Positions 1-8,678 of a stretch of DNA of 64,000 nucleotides are shown piece after piece. A model generated the notes under the pieces. That model searched no databases and had not been told where the DNA came from. It saw nothing but the letters and a program-made list of their open reading frames with translations. The stretch comes from Pseudomonadota bacterium (GTDB taxonomy: Bacteria > Pseudomonadota > Gammaproteobacteria > Burkholderiales > Burkholderiaceae_C), in NCBI GenBank assembly GCA_040384625.1, contig JAZKIW010000113.1, positions 591 through 64,590 on the forward strand. The letters run 5' to 3'. Both the position numbers and the translations under genes were made by a program. Positions within the stretch are counted from its first letter, which is position 1, and each line of letters opens with the position of its first letter.

Positions 1-369
1 CGGCGTGCCGTCGGGCTTCACGCCGTGGCGGATGGTGCGCTCCCAGTCCGCGGGGGTGTAGCGCGCCACCACGTTGCCGGGGCCGGAGCTGATGTTCGGG
101 CCCTTCAGCCGCAGGCCCTTGCCGTCGTCCACGAACACGCGGCCCTCGCCGCCGGAACCGTGGCAGTCCACGCAGCCGCGCGAGGCGAACAGGTAGCGCC
201 CGCGGTCCAGCGAGGCGGTGTCGGTGGGCAGCGCCAGCGGGTGCGGCTTGACGTCGATGCGGCGGGCCATCTTGCTGCCGGCCATCTGCCAGCCGGCGGC
301 GGCGACGGCCGCGGCGGCCAGCACCAGGATGCCCAGCACCCAGGCCGCGGCCTTCATCCATTTCTTCAT
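1..369 (-). CDS. c-type cytochrome, membrane-anchored (partial; C-terminal part runs off the window start)
   Basis: Own minus-strand translation from the ATG at complement 367-369: MKKWMKAAAWVLGILVLAAAAV..., a hydrophobic anchor followed by the CVDCH heme-binding motif. Absent from the ORF track because there is no stop inside the window. Confidence 0.7.
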   Translation of the reverse strand, partial: MKKWMKAAAWVLGILVLAAAAVAAAGWQMAGSKMARRIDVKPHPLALPTDTASLDRGRYLFASRGCVDCHGSGGEGRVFVDDGKGLRLKGPNISSGPGNVVARYTPADWERTIRHGVKPDGTP

Positions 370-417
370 GCGAACTTCTCCTCGGGGGTCTTAGAATGAC
401 GGTACATCCAAAATTAT

Positions 418-1128
418 ATGAATCATTCAAAAATGGGGGAAGTGAATAAATCACCGGATGCACCGCCGGCAGCGGCGGCGGCGATGCCCGCCCTGCCGCC
501 GCCGCTCGCCGCGGTGGTCGAGGCGCCCACGCCCGGCGGCAAGCGCGAGCGCACGCAGGGCCAGCTGGTGCAGGCGGCCTTCAAGGTGTTCGGCACGCGC
601 GGCGTGGCGGCCGCCACCATCCAGGAGGTGGCGCAGGTGGCTGGCATGACGCCCGGCACGGTCTACAACCACTTCAGCACCAAGGAGGCGCTCATCGAGC
701 GGGTGGCGCTGACCCTGGCCGAGACCCTATGCCGGGCCATCGCCGATAGCCACGCCCACGTCGCCGACGGCGCCGAGCGCATGGCGATCGGCCAGCGCCG
801 CTACATCTGGCTGGCCGCGCAGAGCCCGGCCTGGGCACTGCTGCTGCTGGACGTGGCGCGGGCCTCGCCGCACCTGGCGCAGCTGGTGGAAAAGTACCCG
901 CTGGCCGACCTGCGGCTGGGGGTGAAGCAGAAGGCCTTCAAGGTGCCCAGCGAGGCGGCCGCGCTGGACGCCATCAGCGGCATCTGCACGGCCGCCATGC
1001 TGCGGGTGGCGCTGGGCCAGGCGCCGCGCAACCACGACGTGGCCGCCGCCACCCTGGTGCTGCGCGCGCTCGGCATGCCGCCCGAAGCCGCTGCCGAGGT
1101 GGCGAAGCGCCCGCTGCCCGCGCTTTAG
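418..1128 (+). CDS. TetR family transcriptional regulator
   Basis: ORF track. HTH segment AATIQEVAQVAGMTPGTVYNHFSTKEALIERV. The start may instead be the ATG at 433, because the palindrome covers 418. Confidence 0.85.
   Translation: MNHSKMGEVNKSPDAPPAAAAAMPALPPPLAAVVEAPTPGGKRERTQGQLVQAAFKVFGTRGVAAATIQEVAQVAGMTPGTVYNHFSTKEALIERVALTLAETLCRAIADSHAHVADGAERMAIGQRRYIWLAAQSPAWALLLLDVARASPHLAQLVEKYPLADLRLGVKQKAFKVPSEAAALDAISGICTAAMLRVALGQAPRNHDVAAATLVLRALGMPPEAAAEVAKRPLPAL
419..429. promoter_or_regulatory. Candidate TetR operator palindrome TGAAT-C-ATTCA
   Basis: Perfect 5+5 inverted repeat in an A/T-rich divergent intergenic region between the cytochrome c gene and the TetR gene. It overlaps the first ATG of the TetR ORF. 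Confidence 0.3.
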
Positions 1129-1181
1129 GGCCTGCGGGTCTGCCGCGTTGACGAATGGATTGCGTGGTGTAGTCTGGCTGC

Positions 1182-1715
1182 ATGGACGCCCACGACCACC
1201 CTCACGACCACTCTGACGCCGGTCCCCACGACCATTCCCATGATGACGACGGCGCCGTGCGCTGGAAGCACGACGGCGTGCGCGTCGTGCCCGGCAGCCA
1301 GCTGGACGGCAACACGGCGCAGACGCCCGGCATGGACCGGCGCGCGGCCATCAATTTCGCCCGCGTCGGCGCGCAGAAACTCTGGGCCGGCACGGTCAGC
1401 ATCCATCCCAACGCCAAGACCGGCGCGCACCACCACGGCCACCTGGAAAGCGTGATCTACGTGGTGCGCGGCCGCGCGCGCATGCGCTGGGGCGACAACC
1501 TCGAATTCACCGCCGAGGCCGGGCCGGGCGACTTCATCTACGTGCCGCCCTACGTGCCCCACCAGGAGATCAACGCCAGCCCGACCGAGGCGCTGGAATG
1601 CGTGCTGTGCCGCAGCGACGGCGAGGCGGTGGCGGTCAACCTGGATCTCGAGCCGGCCGAAAAGCCCGAGCTGGTGCTGTGGGTCGACCCGACGCACCCG
1701 AAGGGGGCGGTGTGA
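1182..1715 (+). CDS. Cupin domain protein with His/Asp-rich N-terminal tail
   Basis: Cupin motifs HHHGHLESVIYVVRGRARMRWGDNLEF and DFIYVPPYVPHQEIN. N-terminus is MDAHDHPHDHSDAGPHDHSHDDD. Confidence 0.8.
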   Translation: MDAHDHPHDHSDAGPHDHSHDDDGAVRWKHDGVRVVPGSQLDGNTAQTPGMDRRAAINFARVGAQKLWAGTVSIHPNAKTGAHHHGHLESVIYVVRGRARMRWGDNLEFTAEAGPGDFIYVPPYVPHQEINASPTEALECVLCRSDGEAVAVNLDLEPAEKPELVLWVDPTHPKGAV

Positions 1716-2179
1716 CCGCGCAGGCGCCGGGCGGCACCGAGCCGCTGATCCTGGTGGTCGACGACAACCCGGACCACCGTGAGCTGATCGTCGCGGCGCT
1801 GGGCGAGCGCACCGACCGCGCACGCATCGCCACGGCCGAGGGCGGCGAGGCGGCGCTGGACTACCTGCTCGCGCGCGGGCCGCACGCGCAGCGCGACACG
1901 CGCCACCAGCCGCGGCTGGTGATCCTGGACATGAAGATGGGCGCGGTCGACGGGTTGACCGTGCTCAAGGCCATTCGCGCCCATGCCCACACGGCCGCGC
2001 TGCCGGTGGTGATGCTGTCCGCGGGCGCCGACAAGGAAGAGCTGGACCGCTGCTACGAGGCGGGCGCCAACAGCGTGGTGCGCAAGAGCATCGACTTCGA
2101 CGACCTGCGGCGCAAGATGGGCAAGGTCTACGAGTTCTGGATCACCGTCAACGAGGCCAACCGGCACTCGCGGGTGTAA
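1712..2179 (+). CDS. Single-domain response regulator (receiver only)
   Basis: In-frame GTG at residue 39 of ORF 1598..2179, overlapping the cupin stop (GTGTGA). Receiver motifs LILVVDDNPDHRELI and LVILDMKMGAVDG. Confidence 0.8.
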   Translation: MTAQAPGGTEPLILVVDDNPDHRELIVAALGERTDRARIATAEGGEAALDYLLARGPHAQRDTRHQPRLVILDMKMGAVDGLTVLKAIRAHAHTAALPVVMLSAGADKEELDRCYEAGANSVVRKSIDFDDLRRKMGKVYEFWITVNEANRHSRV

Positions 2180-2292
2180 GCCCGGGTGGGCGACAAAAAA
2201 AGTTCGCCTGTGCTGTAATCGAACGCCGCCGTGGAACGACCGTTCCCTCAGGCGGGCCCGGCTGCTCGTCCATCACAAGAAGCCTTCGGTAC

Positions 2293-3552
2293 ATGTCAGC
2301 AAACCCATCGTCCGCCACTTCCCGCTCAGCTGTGCGCGAACCCGCGCGCCAGGCACTGGCCTCGCGTTTCGCGCAGGTGCGCGGCCGCAGCATGGAGCTC
2401 GCCGCACCGCTGTCGGCCGAGGACCAGTGCGTGCAGTCCATGCCGGAAGCCAGCCCGACCAAATGGCATCTCGCGCACACCAGCTGGTTCTTCGAAGCCG
2501 TGGTGCTGGCGCCGCATGCGGCGGACTACCAGCCGTTCGATGCGCGTTACTTTCATCTCTTCAATTCCTACTACGAGTCGCTGGGGCCGCGCCATCCCCG
2601 GCCGCAGCGCGGCCTGCTCACGCGGCCCGCCCTGGATGAGGTGCACGCCTACCGCGCCCACGTGGACGCGGCGATGCGGCAGTTCATCGCGCAGTCGGGC
2701 GACGCAGCCTGGAGCGCCGCCGTGCGCCTGGTCGAGCTCGGGCTCCACCACGAAGAGCAGCACCAGGAACTCATCCTCACCGACATCCTGCACGCACTGT
2801 CGTGCAACCCGCTGCTGCCCGCGTACCGCAAGGCCGATGCGCCGGCGCTGCGCCTGGCCTCGGGCGTGCCCGCGCTGCGCTGGCTGGACGGGCCGGGCGG
2901 GGTGGTGGAGATCGGCCATGCAAGCGAGGTGTTCGCTTTCGACAACGAAACGCCGCGGCACCAGCGGCTGCTGCCTTCCTACGAAATCGCCGACCGGCTG
3001 GTTACCTGCGGCGAGTTCGCCGAATTCATCGCCGACGGCGGCTATACGGAGCCGATGCTGTGGCTGTCGGACGGCTGGGCCGCGGTGCAGCAGCACGGCT
3101 GGAAAGCGCCGGCCTATTGGCTCGCCCCCGGCGACCCGCGCGCCCCGGCCGATGAGTGGCAGGTGTTCGGCCTGGACGGCGTGCGCCCGCTCGACGCGGC
3201 GGCGCCGGTCAGCCAGCTGAGCTTCTACGAAGCCGCGGCTTATGCGCAGTGGGCCGGCGCGCGGCTGCCCACCGAATTCGAATGGGAGGCGGCGCAGGAG
3301 CTGCCCGGCATCGCGCAGATGAGCGGCCATGTGTGGCAGTGGACGCGCTCGTCCTACGACCCGTATCCGGGCTTCCGGCCGCTGTCGGGCGCGGTGAGCG
3401 AATACAACGGCAAGTTCATGGTCGGGCAACTGGTGCTGCGCGGCGGCAGCTGCGCCACGCCGCCCGGCCATGCGCGGCCGACCTACCGCAACTTTTTTCC
3501 GCCGGCGGCGCGCTGGCAGTTCAGCGGCCTGCGGCTGGCACGGGACGCATGA
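2293..3552 (+). CDS. egtB: Ergothioneine biosynthesis sulfoxide synthase EgtB
   Basis: DinB-like N-terminal domain (PTKWHLAHTSWFFE, HHEEQHQELILTDI) plus an FGE-sulfatase-like C-terminal domain (GHVWQWTRSSYDPYPGF, VLRGGSCATP). Immediately followed by egtD. Confidence 0.9.
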   Translation: MSANPSSATSRSAVREPARQALASRFAQVRGRSMELAAPLSAEDQCVQSMPEASPTKWHLAHTSWFFEAVVLAPHAADYQPFDARYFHLFNSYYESLGPRHPRPQRGLLTRPALDEVHAYRAHVDAAMRQFIAQSGDAAWSAAVRLVELGLHHEEQHQELILTDILHALSCNPLLPAYRKADAPALRLASGVPALRWLDGPGGVVEIGHASEVFAFDNETPRHQRLLPSYEIADRLVTCGEFAEFIADGGYTEPMLWLSDGWAAVQQHGWKAPAYWLAPGDPRAPADEWQVFGLDGVRPLDAAAPVSQLSFYEAAAYAQWAGARLPTEFEWEAAQELPGIAQMSGHVWQWTRSSYDPYPGFRPLSGAVSEYNGKFMVGQLVLRGGSCATPPGHARPTYRNFFPPAARWQFSGLRLARDA

Positions 3553-4538
3553 TGCGCACAAGCAACCTGATGGAGCGGCAGGACAGCCTGCCGCCGGAAC
3601 AAGACACGCAACCGGACACGAGCGCCTTCGCGCGCGACATGGCGGCGGCGCTGGCGAACCGGCCGCATGCCATTTCGCCCAAGTACTTCTACGACGCCGC
3701 GGGCTCGCGCCTGTTCGACCGCATCTGCGAACTGCCCGAGTACTACCCGACGCGCACCGAGTTCGCCATCCTGCGCCGGCACGTGGACGAGATGGCGGCG
3801 CTGGCCTGGCCGCACGCCGAGATCGTCGAGTTCGGCGCCGGCTCGCTGATCAAGGTGCGGCTGCTGCTGGATGCCTTCGAGCGGCCGCAGCGCTACGTGC
3901 CGATCGACATCTCCGGCGAACACCTGGCCGCCTCGGCCGCGGTGCTGCGGCGCGACTACGCCGGCCTGGACGTGCAGCCCGTGGTGGCCGACTACACGCA
4001 GCGGCTGCTGTTGCCCGCGTCGCCTCCCGGCGTGGGCCGCCGCCTCGGTTTCTGCCCCGGCTCCGCGCTCAGCAACTTCACGCCGGAGGAGGCGCTGCAC
4101 TTCCTGCAGATGGCAGCCCAGGTGCTGGGCGGCGGCGCGCTGCTGCTGGGGGTCGACCTGGTGAAGGACCCGGCGGTGCTGCATGCGGCGTACAACGACG
4201 CGCAGGACGTGACCGCGGCCTTCAACCTGAACCTGCTGGCGCGCGCCAACCGCGAGCTGGGCACCGATTTCGATCTCGACGGCTTCGCCCACTACGCGTT
4301 CTACAACGCGCCGCTGCAGCGCATCGAGATGCACCTGGTGAGCATGCGCCAGCAGTCGGTGTCGCTGGCCGGCCGCACGTTCGACTGGGCCGAGGGCGAA
4401 ACGCTGCACACCGAGAATTCGTACAAATTCACCATCGACGGCCTGCGCGCGCTGGCGGCACGCGCGGGTTTCCGGCCCGGGCCGGTGTGGACCGACCCGG
4501 ATCGCCTGTTCAGCGTGCACTGGCTGCACGCGCCCTGA
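3549..4538 (+). CDS. egtD: L-histidine N-alpha-methyltransferase EgtD
   Basis: ATG at residue 132 of ORF 3156..4538, giving an ATGA overlap with the egtB stop. Motifs ISPKYFYDAAGSRLFDRICELPEYYPTRTE and EFGAGSLIKVRLLL. Confidence 0.9.
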   Translation: MMRTSNLMERQDSLPPEQDTQPDTSAFARDMAAALANRPHAISPKYFYDAAGSRLFDRICELPEYYPTRTEFAILRRHVDEMAALAWPHAEIVEFGAGSLIKVRLLLDAFERPQRYVPIDISGEHLAASAAVLRRDYAGLDVQPVVADYTQRLLLPASPPGVGRRLGFCPGSALSNFTPEEALHFLQMAAQVLGGGALLLGVDLVKDPAVLHAAYNDAQDVTAAFNLNLLARANRELGTDFDLDGFAHYAFYNAPLQRIEMHLVSMRQQSVSLAGRTFDWAEGETLHTENSYKFTIDGLRALAARAGFRPGPVWTDPDRLFSVHWLHAP

Positions 4539-4564
4539 GAGACTTTCCGCCCGAAGGAACCGAG

Positions 4565-4846
4565 ATGAAAGCAATCTGGAACGGTGTGGTCGTGGCCGAG
4601 AGCGACGACACGGTGCTGGTCGAAGGCAACCACTACTTCCCGGCCAGCGCACTCAAGCGCGAGTACGTGACCTTCAGCAACAACCACACGGTGTGCCCTT
4701 GGAAGGGCACGGCCAGCTACTACTCGCTGCTGGTCAACGGCGAGCTCAACCCGGAAGCGGCGTGGTACTACTCCGATCCGAAACCGGAAGCCGAGATGGT
4801 CAAGGACCGCGTGGCCTTCTGGAAGGGTGTGAGGGTCGAGGCCTGA
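4565..4846 (+). CDS. DUF427 domain protein
   Basis: 93-aa C-terminal part of ORF 3470..4846 starting MKAIWNGVVVAESDD, with the VCPWKGTASYYSL motif typical of DUF427. Confidence 0.8.
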   Translation: MKAIWNGVVVAESDDTVLVEGNHYFPASALKREYVTFSNNHTVCPWKGTASYYSLLVNGELNPEAAWYYSDPKPEAEMVKDRVAFWKGVRVEA

Positions 4847-4885
4847 GCCGCGGCGGCGCGAGCGCGGCGCGGTAAGCTTCGCGCC

Positions 4886-5614
4886 ATGATGCTGAGTCCC
4901 GCCTACACCTATCCCGAACAGCTCCCGATCGTGATGCGCCAGCAGGGCTATGCCGTGCTGAGTCCGCAGGGCGTGGCGCAGCTGTCGGACTGCGACCTGG
5001 CGCAGCTCGACCGGCTGCGCGGTTCGTGGGACGACCTGCCGGCGGATCACTACCTGAAGGACGGCGGCAAGTACCGTCGCCGCCGGCATTCCTGCTTCGT
5101 GGTCGAAGGCGAGCACGTGACCCAGGCGCCGCACCGCGCGCACTGGCAGCCGGTGGAATACAACGCGCTGCACGGCGGCATGCAGCGCTGGTTCGACCCG
5201 ATCCCGCCGGCCGTGGCCGGCGACGCGGCTTGGTGCTGCGTGCTGCGTTCCCTGGCGCGGGTGAGTTCGCAGCTGAAGGGGGAGCGGCCCTGGTACGTGG
5301 AAGCGCACCAGTTCCGCATCGACACCGAAGGCGGCATCGGCCGGCCGACGCCCGAAGGCGCGCACCGCGACGGCGTGGACCTGGTGGCGGTGTTCCTGGT
5401 CGGCCGCGCCGGCATCAAGGGCGGCGAAACGCGCGTGTTCCAGGCCGACGGCCCGGCCGGCCAGCGCTTCACGCTCACCGAGCCCTGGAGCCTGCTGCTG
5501 GTGGACGACGAGCGCGTGATCCACGAATCCACGCCGATCCAGCCGCAGGACGCGGCCGGCCACCGCGACACCCTGGTGCTGACCTACCGCGCGGGCGGTT
5601 TCCAGGGCGGCTGA
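4886..5614 (+). CDS. 2OG-Fe dioxygenase family protein (PF10014-like)
   Basis: ORF track. YRRRRHSCFVV and PTPEGAHRDGVDLVAVFLV (HxD of the facial triad), resembling free amino-acid hydroxylases of that family. Confidence 0.7.
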   Translation: MMLSPAYTYPEQLPIVMRQQGYAVLSPQGVAQLSDCDLAQLDRLRGSWDDLPADHYLKDGGKYRRRRHSCFVVEGEHVTQAPHRAHWQPVEYNALHGGMQRWFDPIPPAVAGDAAWCCVLRSLARVSSQLKGERPWYVEAHQFRIDTEGGIGRPTPEGAHRDGVDLVAVFLVGRAGIKGGETRVFQADGPAGQRFTLTEPWSLLLVDDERVIHESTPIQPQDAAGHRDTLVLTYRAGGFQGG

Positions 5615-5621
5615 GCCCGGC

Positions 5622-6071
5622 TCACGCAGTTGCACCCGGCGCGGCGGCGGCCACGCCCTTCAGCGCGCGCTCGACGTCCTGCATCTGGCGCTGCGTGTCC
5701 CAGAACACCTGGCCTTCGACCGTCCTGCCGTCGCGCAGGATCACCCGGTCCACGCCGCGCCAGTGCAGCGGCACGCCACGCAGGCTGGCGTGCGCATCCC
5801 ATTCGACGAACACCGCGTCGCCGGCGACGGCCCAGCGCGTGACCTCCACGCGCAGGTCGGGCACGCGCTGCAGCACGGCCTGGAAGTGGGCGACGACCTC
5901 CTCGCGGTTGCCGGGCCGCTCCATCGGCGGGATCAGGTTGCGCGTGTCCTCGTGCATCAGGTCGCGCAGCGCCTGCGGGTCGACGCTGCTCCAGCGCTGC
6001 GCGAAGCGCCGTACCCAGTCGGCGGCGGCCTCGGCCTGCTGCGTGGAAGACGAAGGAGAAGGAAATTCCAT
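5622..6071 (-). CDS. SnoaL-like / NTF2-fold protein
   Basis: ORF track, 149 aa. Size and pattern (WVRRFAQRW..., DAVFVEWDAH..., RDGRTVEGQVFWD) fit SnoaL-like polyketide-cyclase-fold proteins. Confidence 0.6.
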   Translation of the reverse strand: MEFPSPSSSTQQAEAAADWVRRFAQRWSSVDPQALRDLMHEDTRNLIPPMERPGNREEVVAHFQAVLQRVPDLRVEVTRWAVAGDAVFVEWDAHASLRGVPLHWRGVDRVILRDGRTVEGQVFWDTQRQMQDVERALKGVAAAAPGATA

Positions 6072-6113
6072 GGCGGTGCTCCAGTGTTGCGGCGAATGCC
6101 GTGTTGCGTACTG

Positions 6114-6148
6114 TTGGTAAATTACATACCAACGGTATGAATAGTACC
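6114..6148. promoter_or_regulatory. Two tandem GGTA-N7-TACC palindromes (candidate TetR operators)
   Basis: TTGGTAaattacaTACCAA at 6114-6132 and GGTAtgaatagTACC at 6134-6148, in the divergent SnoaL/TetR intergenic region. Confidence 0.4.
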
Positions 6149-6826
6149 ATCGGCATGATGCCCGTCAAACCAAAGGCCGCGAACATCGGCGCGACGGCTG
6201 TGCCGGCGACTAGGCGCAGCCGCCGCGAGGACTACACCGACAGCACGCGCCAGGCGCTGCTGGACGCGGCACGCACGCTGTTCGTTTCCACCGGCTACCA
6301 CCAGACCAGCACCGAAGCCGTGGTGACCGCCGCACGCCTCACGAAGGGCGCGCTGTACCACCACTTCACGGACAAGGCGGCGCTGCTGGAGGCGCTGGTC
6401 ATCCAGCTGCAGCAGCAGGCTGCCGAGCGCATGCGCGCGCGGGCCGGCAAGGAAAAGACCTTGTGGGAGTGCCTGCGCGCGGCATGCGAGAGCTACCTGG
6501 ACATCTGCACCGAGCACGACTACCAGCAGCTGGTGATCCGCGACGCGCCGGCGGCGCTGGGCGCCGAGCGCGCGGGCGCGATCGGCGAGCAGTACGTGAT
6601 CGGCCCGATGGTGCGCGTGATGGAGCGGTTGAAGGCCGACGGCGAGCTCGACGTGGGCGATGCACGGCTGGCCGGCCGGATGGTGGCGCGCATGCTGTGC
6701 GAGGCGGCCGAGCTGCTGGCGCAGGAGCCGCAGCCGGCGCGCATGCGCAAGGAGGCGCTCGCCAACCTGTCGCGCGTGCTGGACGCGTTCCGGCCGCGCA
6801 GCGCGGGCGCCGGCCGGGCCGCTTGA
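6137..6826 (+). CDS. TetR family transcriptional regulator
   Basis: HTH segment TEAVVTAARLTKGALYHHFTDKAALLEALV. The track ORF starts at GTG 6101, only 29 nt from the divergent gene and upstream of the palindromes. ATG 6137 or 6155 is more likely; the start is uncertain. Confidence 0.8.
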   Translation: MNSTIGMMPVKPKAANIGATAVPATRRSRREDYTDSTRQALLDAARTLFVSTGYHQTSTEAVVTAARLTKGALYHHFTDKAALLEALVIQLQQQAAERMRARAGKEKTLWECLRAACESYLDICTEHDYQQLVIRDAPAALGAERAGAIGEQYVIGPMVRVMERLKADGELDVGDARLAGRMVARMLCEAAELLAQEPQPARMRKEALANLSRVLDAFRPRSAGAGRAA

Positions 6827-6836
6827 AGAGGAACGG

Positions 6837-7565
6837 TCAGTCGCGCACGTCGCCGGCCGGGTTGCTGCCGAAGTCGGGCCGCGCCAGGTAGGCCAGCACG
6901 CGCGCCGCGCCTTCCTGCGGCGACACCAGCGCGCCTTGCTCCTTCATGCCGACGAAGTTGCCGCGGTCGGGAAAGTCCTGCGGGTCGGCGCCGCGCAGCT
7001 GCACCTGCATGTCGGTGTCGATCACGCCCGGCGCCAGCGAGCACACGCGCGCGCCGTGGGGCTGCAGCGCTTCTTCCAGCGCCACGCAGCGGGTGAAGTG
7101 GTCCATGCCGGCCTTGGCCGCGCAGTAGGCGGCCTGCGACGCCATCGCGCGCCGGCCGAGGCCCGAGGAGATGTTGAGCACCTTGCGCGGCGCGGACCAG
7201 CCGGCGGTGGCGCGCAGGAAGGCGCCGGTCAGCAGCATCGGCGCTTCCAGGCCGACGCGCAGCGCGCGGGCCAGGTCGGCGGCGGCAATGTCGCCCAGCG
7301 GCGCGATGCGCGGGATGACGCCGGCGTTGTTGATCAGCGTGACCGACGCCGGCTGGTCGGCGGCGCGCTGCGCCAGCCATGCCTCCAGCCGGGCCGCGAC
7401 CGCCTCGCCATCGGCCAGGTCGGCGCTCCATTGCTCGCAGGCCAGTCCAGCGGCGGGCTTGCGCGCGATGCACAGCAGCTGGTGGCCCGCGGCCAGGAGT
7501 TGTTCGGCCATTGCCAGGCCCATGCCGCGCGAGGCGCCGGTGAGGATCGTCAGGGGTGCGTTCAT
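6837..7565 (-). CDS. Short-chain dehydrogenase/reductase (SDR)
   Basis: C-terminal 242 aa of the 916-aa track ORF, starting MNAPLTILTGASRGMGLA (TGxxxGxG), with catalytic YCAAK. Confidence 0.85.
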   Translation of the reverse strand: MNAPLTILTGASRGMGLAMAEQLLAAGHQLLCIARKPAAGLACEQWSADLADGEAVAARLEAWLAQRAADQPASVTLINNAGVIPRIAPLGDIAAADLARALRVGLEAPMLLTGAFLRATAGWSAPRKVLNISSGLGRRAMASQAAYCAAKAGMDHFTRCVALEEALQPHGARVCSLAPGVIDTDMQVQLRGADPQDFPDRGNFVGMKEQGALVSPQEGAARVLAYLARPDFGSNPAGDVRD

Positions 7566-7585
7566 CCGCGCAGTGTAGAACGCGC

Positions 7586-8245
7586 TCAGAACGGCACGGC
7601 GCTTTCCAGCACCAGCGGCCGGTTGGTGGCCGGGTGCATCAGCTGCAGCCCGGCCGCATGCAGCAGCAGGCGCGGCGCGCGCGCCTCGATGGCGGGCGAG
7701 GCGTACAGCGGGTCGCCCAGGATGGGGTGGCCCAGCGACTGCATGTGCACGCGCAACTGGTGCGAGCGGCCGGTCAGCGGCTCCAGCTCCACGCGCGTGC
7801 CGTCGGCGGCGGCGTCGTAGGCGAGGGCGCGCCAGCGCGTGCGGCTGGGCCGGCCGTGCTCGTGGTCCACGCGCTGCAGCGGCCGCGCCAGCCAGTCGGC
7901 GCCGATGGGAAGATCGATCGTGCTCCAGCCGTCGGCGTCGGCGGCTTCGGTGCCCCGCGGTGCGCCGGCCACCACCGCCACGTAGCGCTTGCCGACCTGG
8001 CGCTGCTCGAACGCCAGGCCCAGGCGCCGCTGCATGTCGGCGCCGCGCGCCATCAGCAGCAGGCCGGAAGTCGCCATGTCCAGCCGGTGCACCACCAGCG
8101 CGTCCGGCCACATGGCCTGCGCGCGCGCCGCGGCGCAATCCTGCTTGTCGGGCCCGCGCCCCGGCACGGCCAGCAGGCCGGCCGGCTTGTCCAGCACCAG
8201 CAGGTGCTCGTCCACGTAGACCAGGCCTTCGGATAATGCCGCCAT
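7586..8245 (-). CDS. RluA family pseudouridine synthase
   Basis: Start at M84 of ORF 7586..8494 (MAALSEGLVYVDEHLLVLDKPAGLL). Motifs HRLDMATSGLLLMA and TGRSHQLRVH. Confidence 0.85.
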   Translation of the reverse strand: MAALSEGLVYVDEHLLVLDKPAGLLAVPGRGPDKQDCAAARAQAMWPDALVVHRLDMATSGLLLMARGADMQRRLGLAFEQRQVGKRYVAVVAGAPRGTEAADADGWSTIDLPIGADWLARPLQRVDHEHGRPSRTRWRALAYDAAADGTRVELEPLTGRSHQLRVHMQSLGHPILGDPLYASPAIEARAPRLLLHAAGLQLMHPATNRPLVLESAVPF

Positions 8246-8612
8246 GGGCGCAATCAACTCTCTTTCCTTTCCGCTGCAGGCCATTCTTTTGCTGGTGGCC
8301 TCCAATGTGTTCATGACCATGGCCTGGTACGGCCACCTGAAGAACCTGGCCACCGCGCCCTGGTACGTGGCGGCGCTGGTGAGCTGGGCCATCGCGCTGG
8401 CGGAGTACCTGCTGCAGGTGCCGGCCAACCGCATCGGCTTCCAGCAGGCCGGATTCAGCGTCGGCCAGCTCAAGATCATGCAGGAAATCATCACGCTGTC
8501 GGTGTTCCTGCCGTTCTCGGTGTACTACCTGAAGGAGCCGCTGAAGCTGGATTACCTGTGGGCGGGGCTGTGCATGGTGGGCGCCGCCTATTTCATATTC
8601 CGCAATTCCTGA
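8244..8612 (+). CDS. DMT-superfamily small membrane protein (DUF486)
   Basis: ORF track, 122 aa, SNVFMTMAWYGHLK motif, four hydrophobic segments. Confidence 0.75.
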   Translation: MGAINSLSFPLQAILLLVASNVFMTMAWYGHLKNLATAPWYVAALVSWAIALAEYLLQVPANRIGFQQAGFSVGQLKIMQEIITLSVFLPFSVYYLKEPLKLDYLWAGLCMVGAAYFIFRNS

Positions 8613-8678
8613 GGGAAGGCCGCAGTTACACTCGCCGCAGTCTCGAAACCCGACCCCAAAGTCCCCCAGGAGCTCCCC

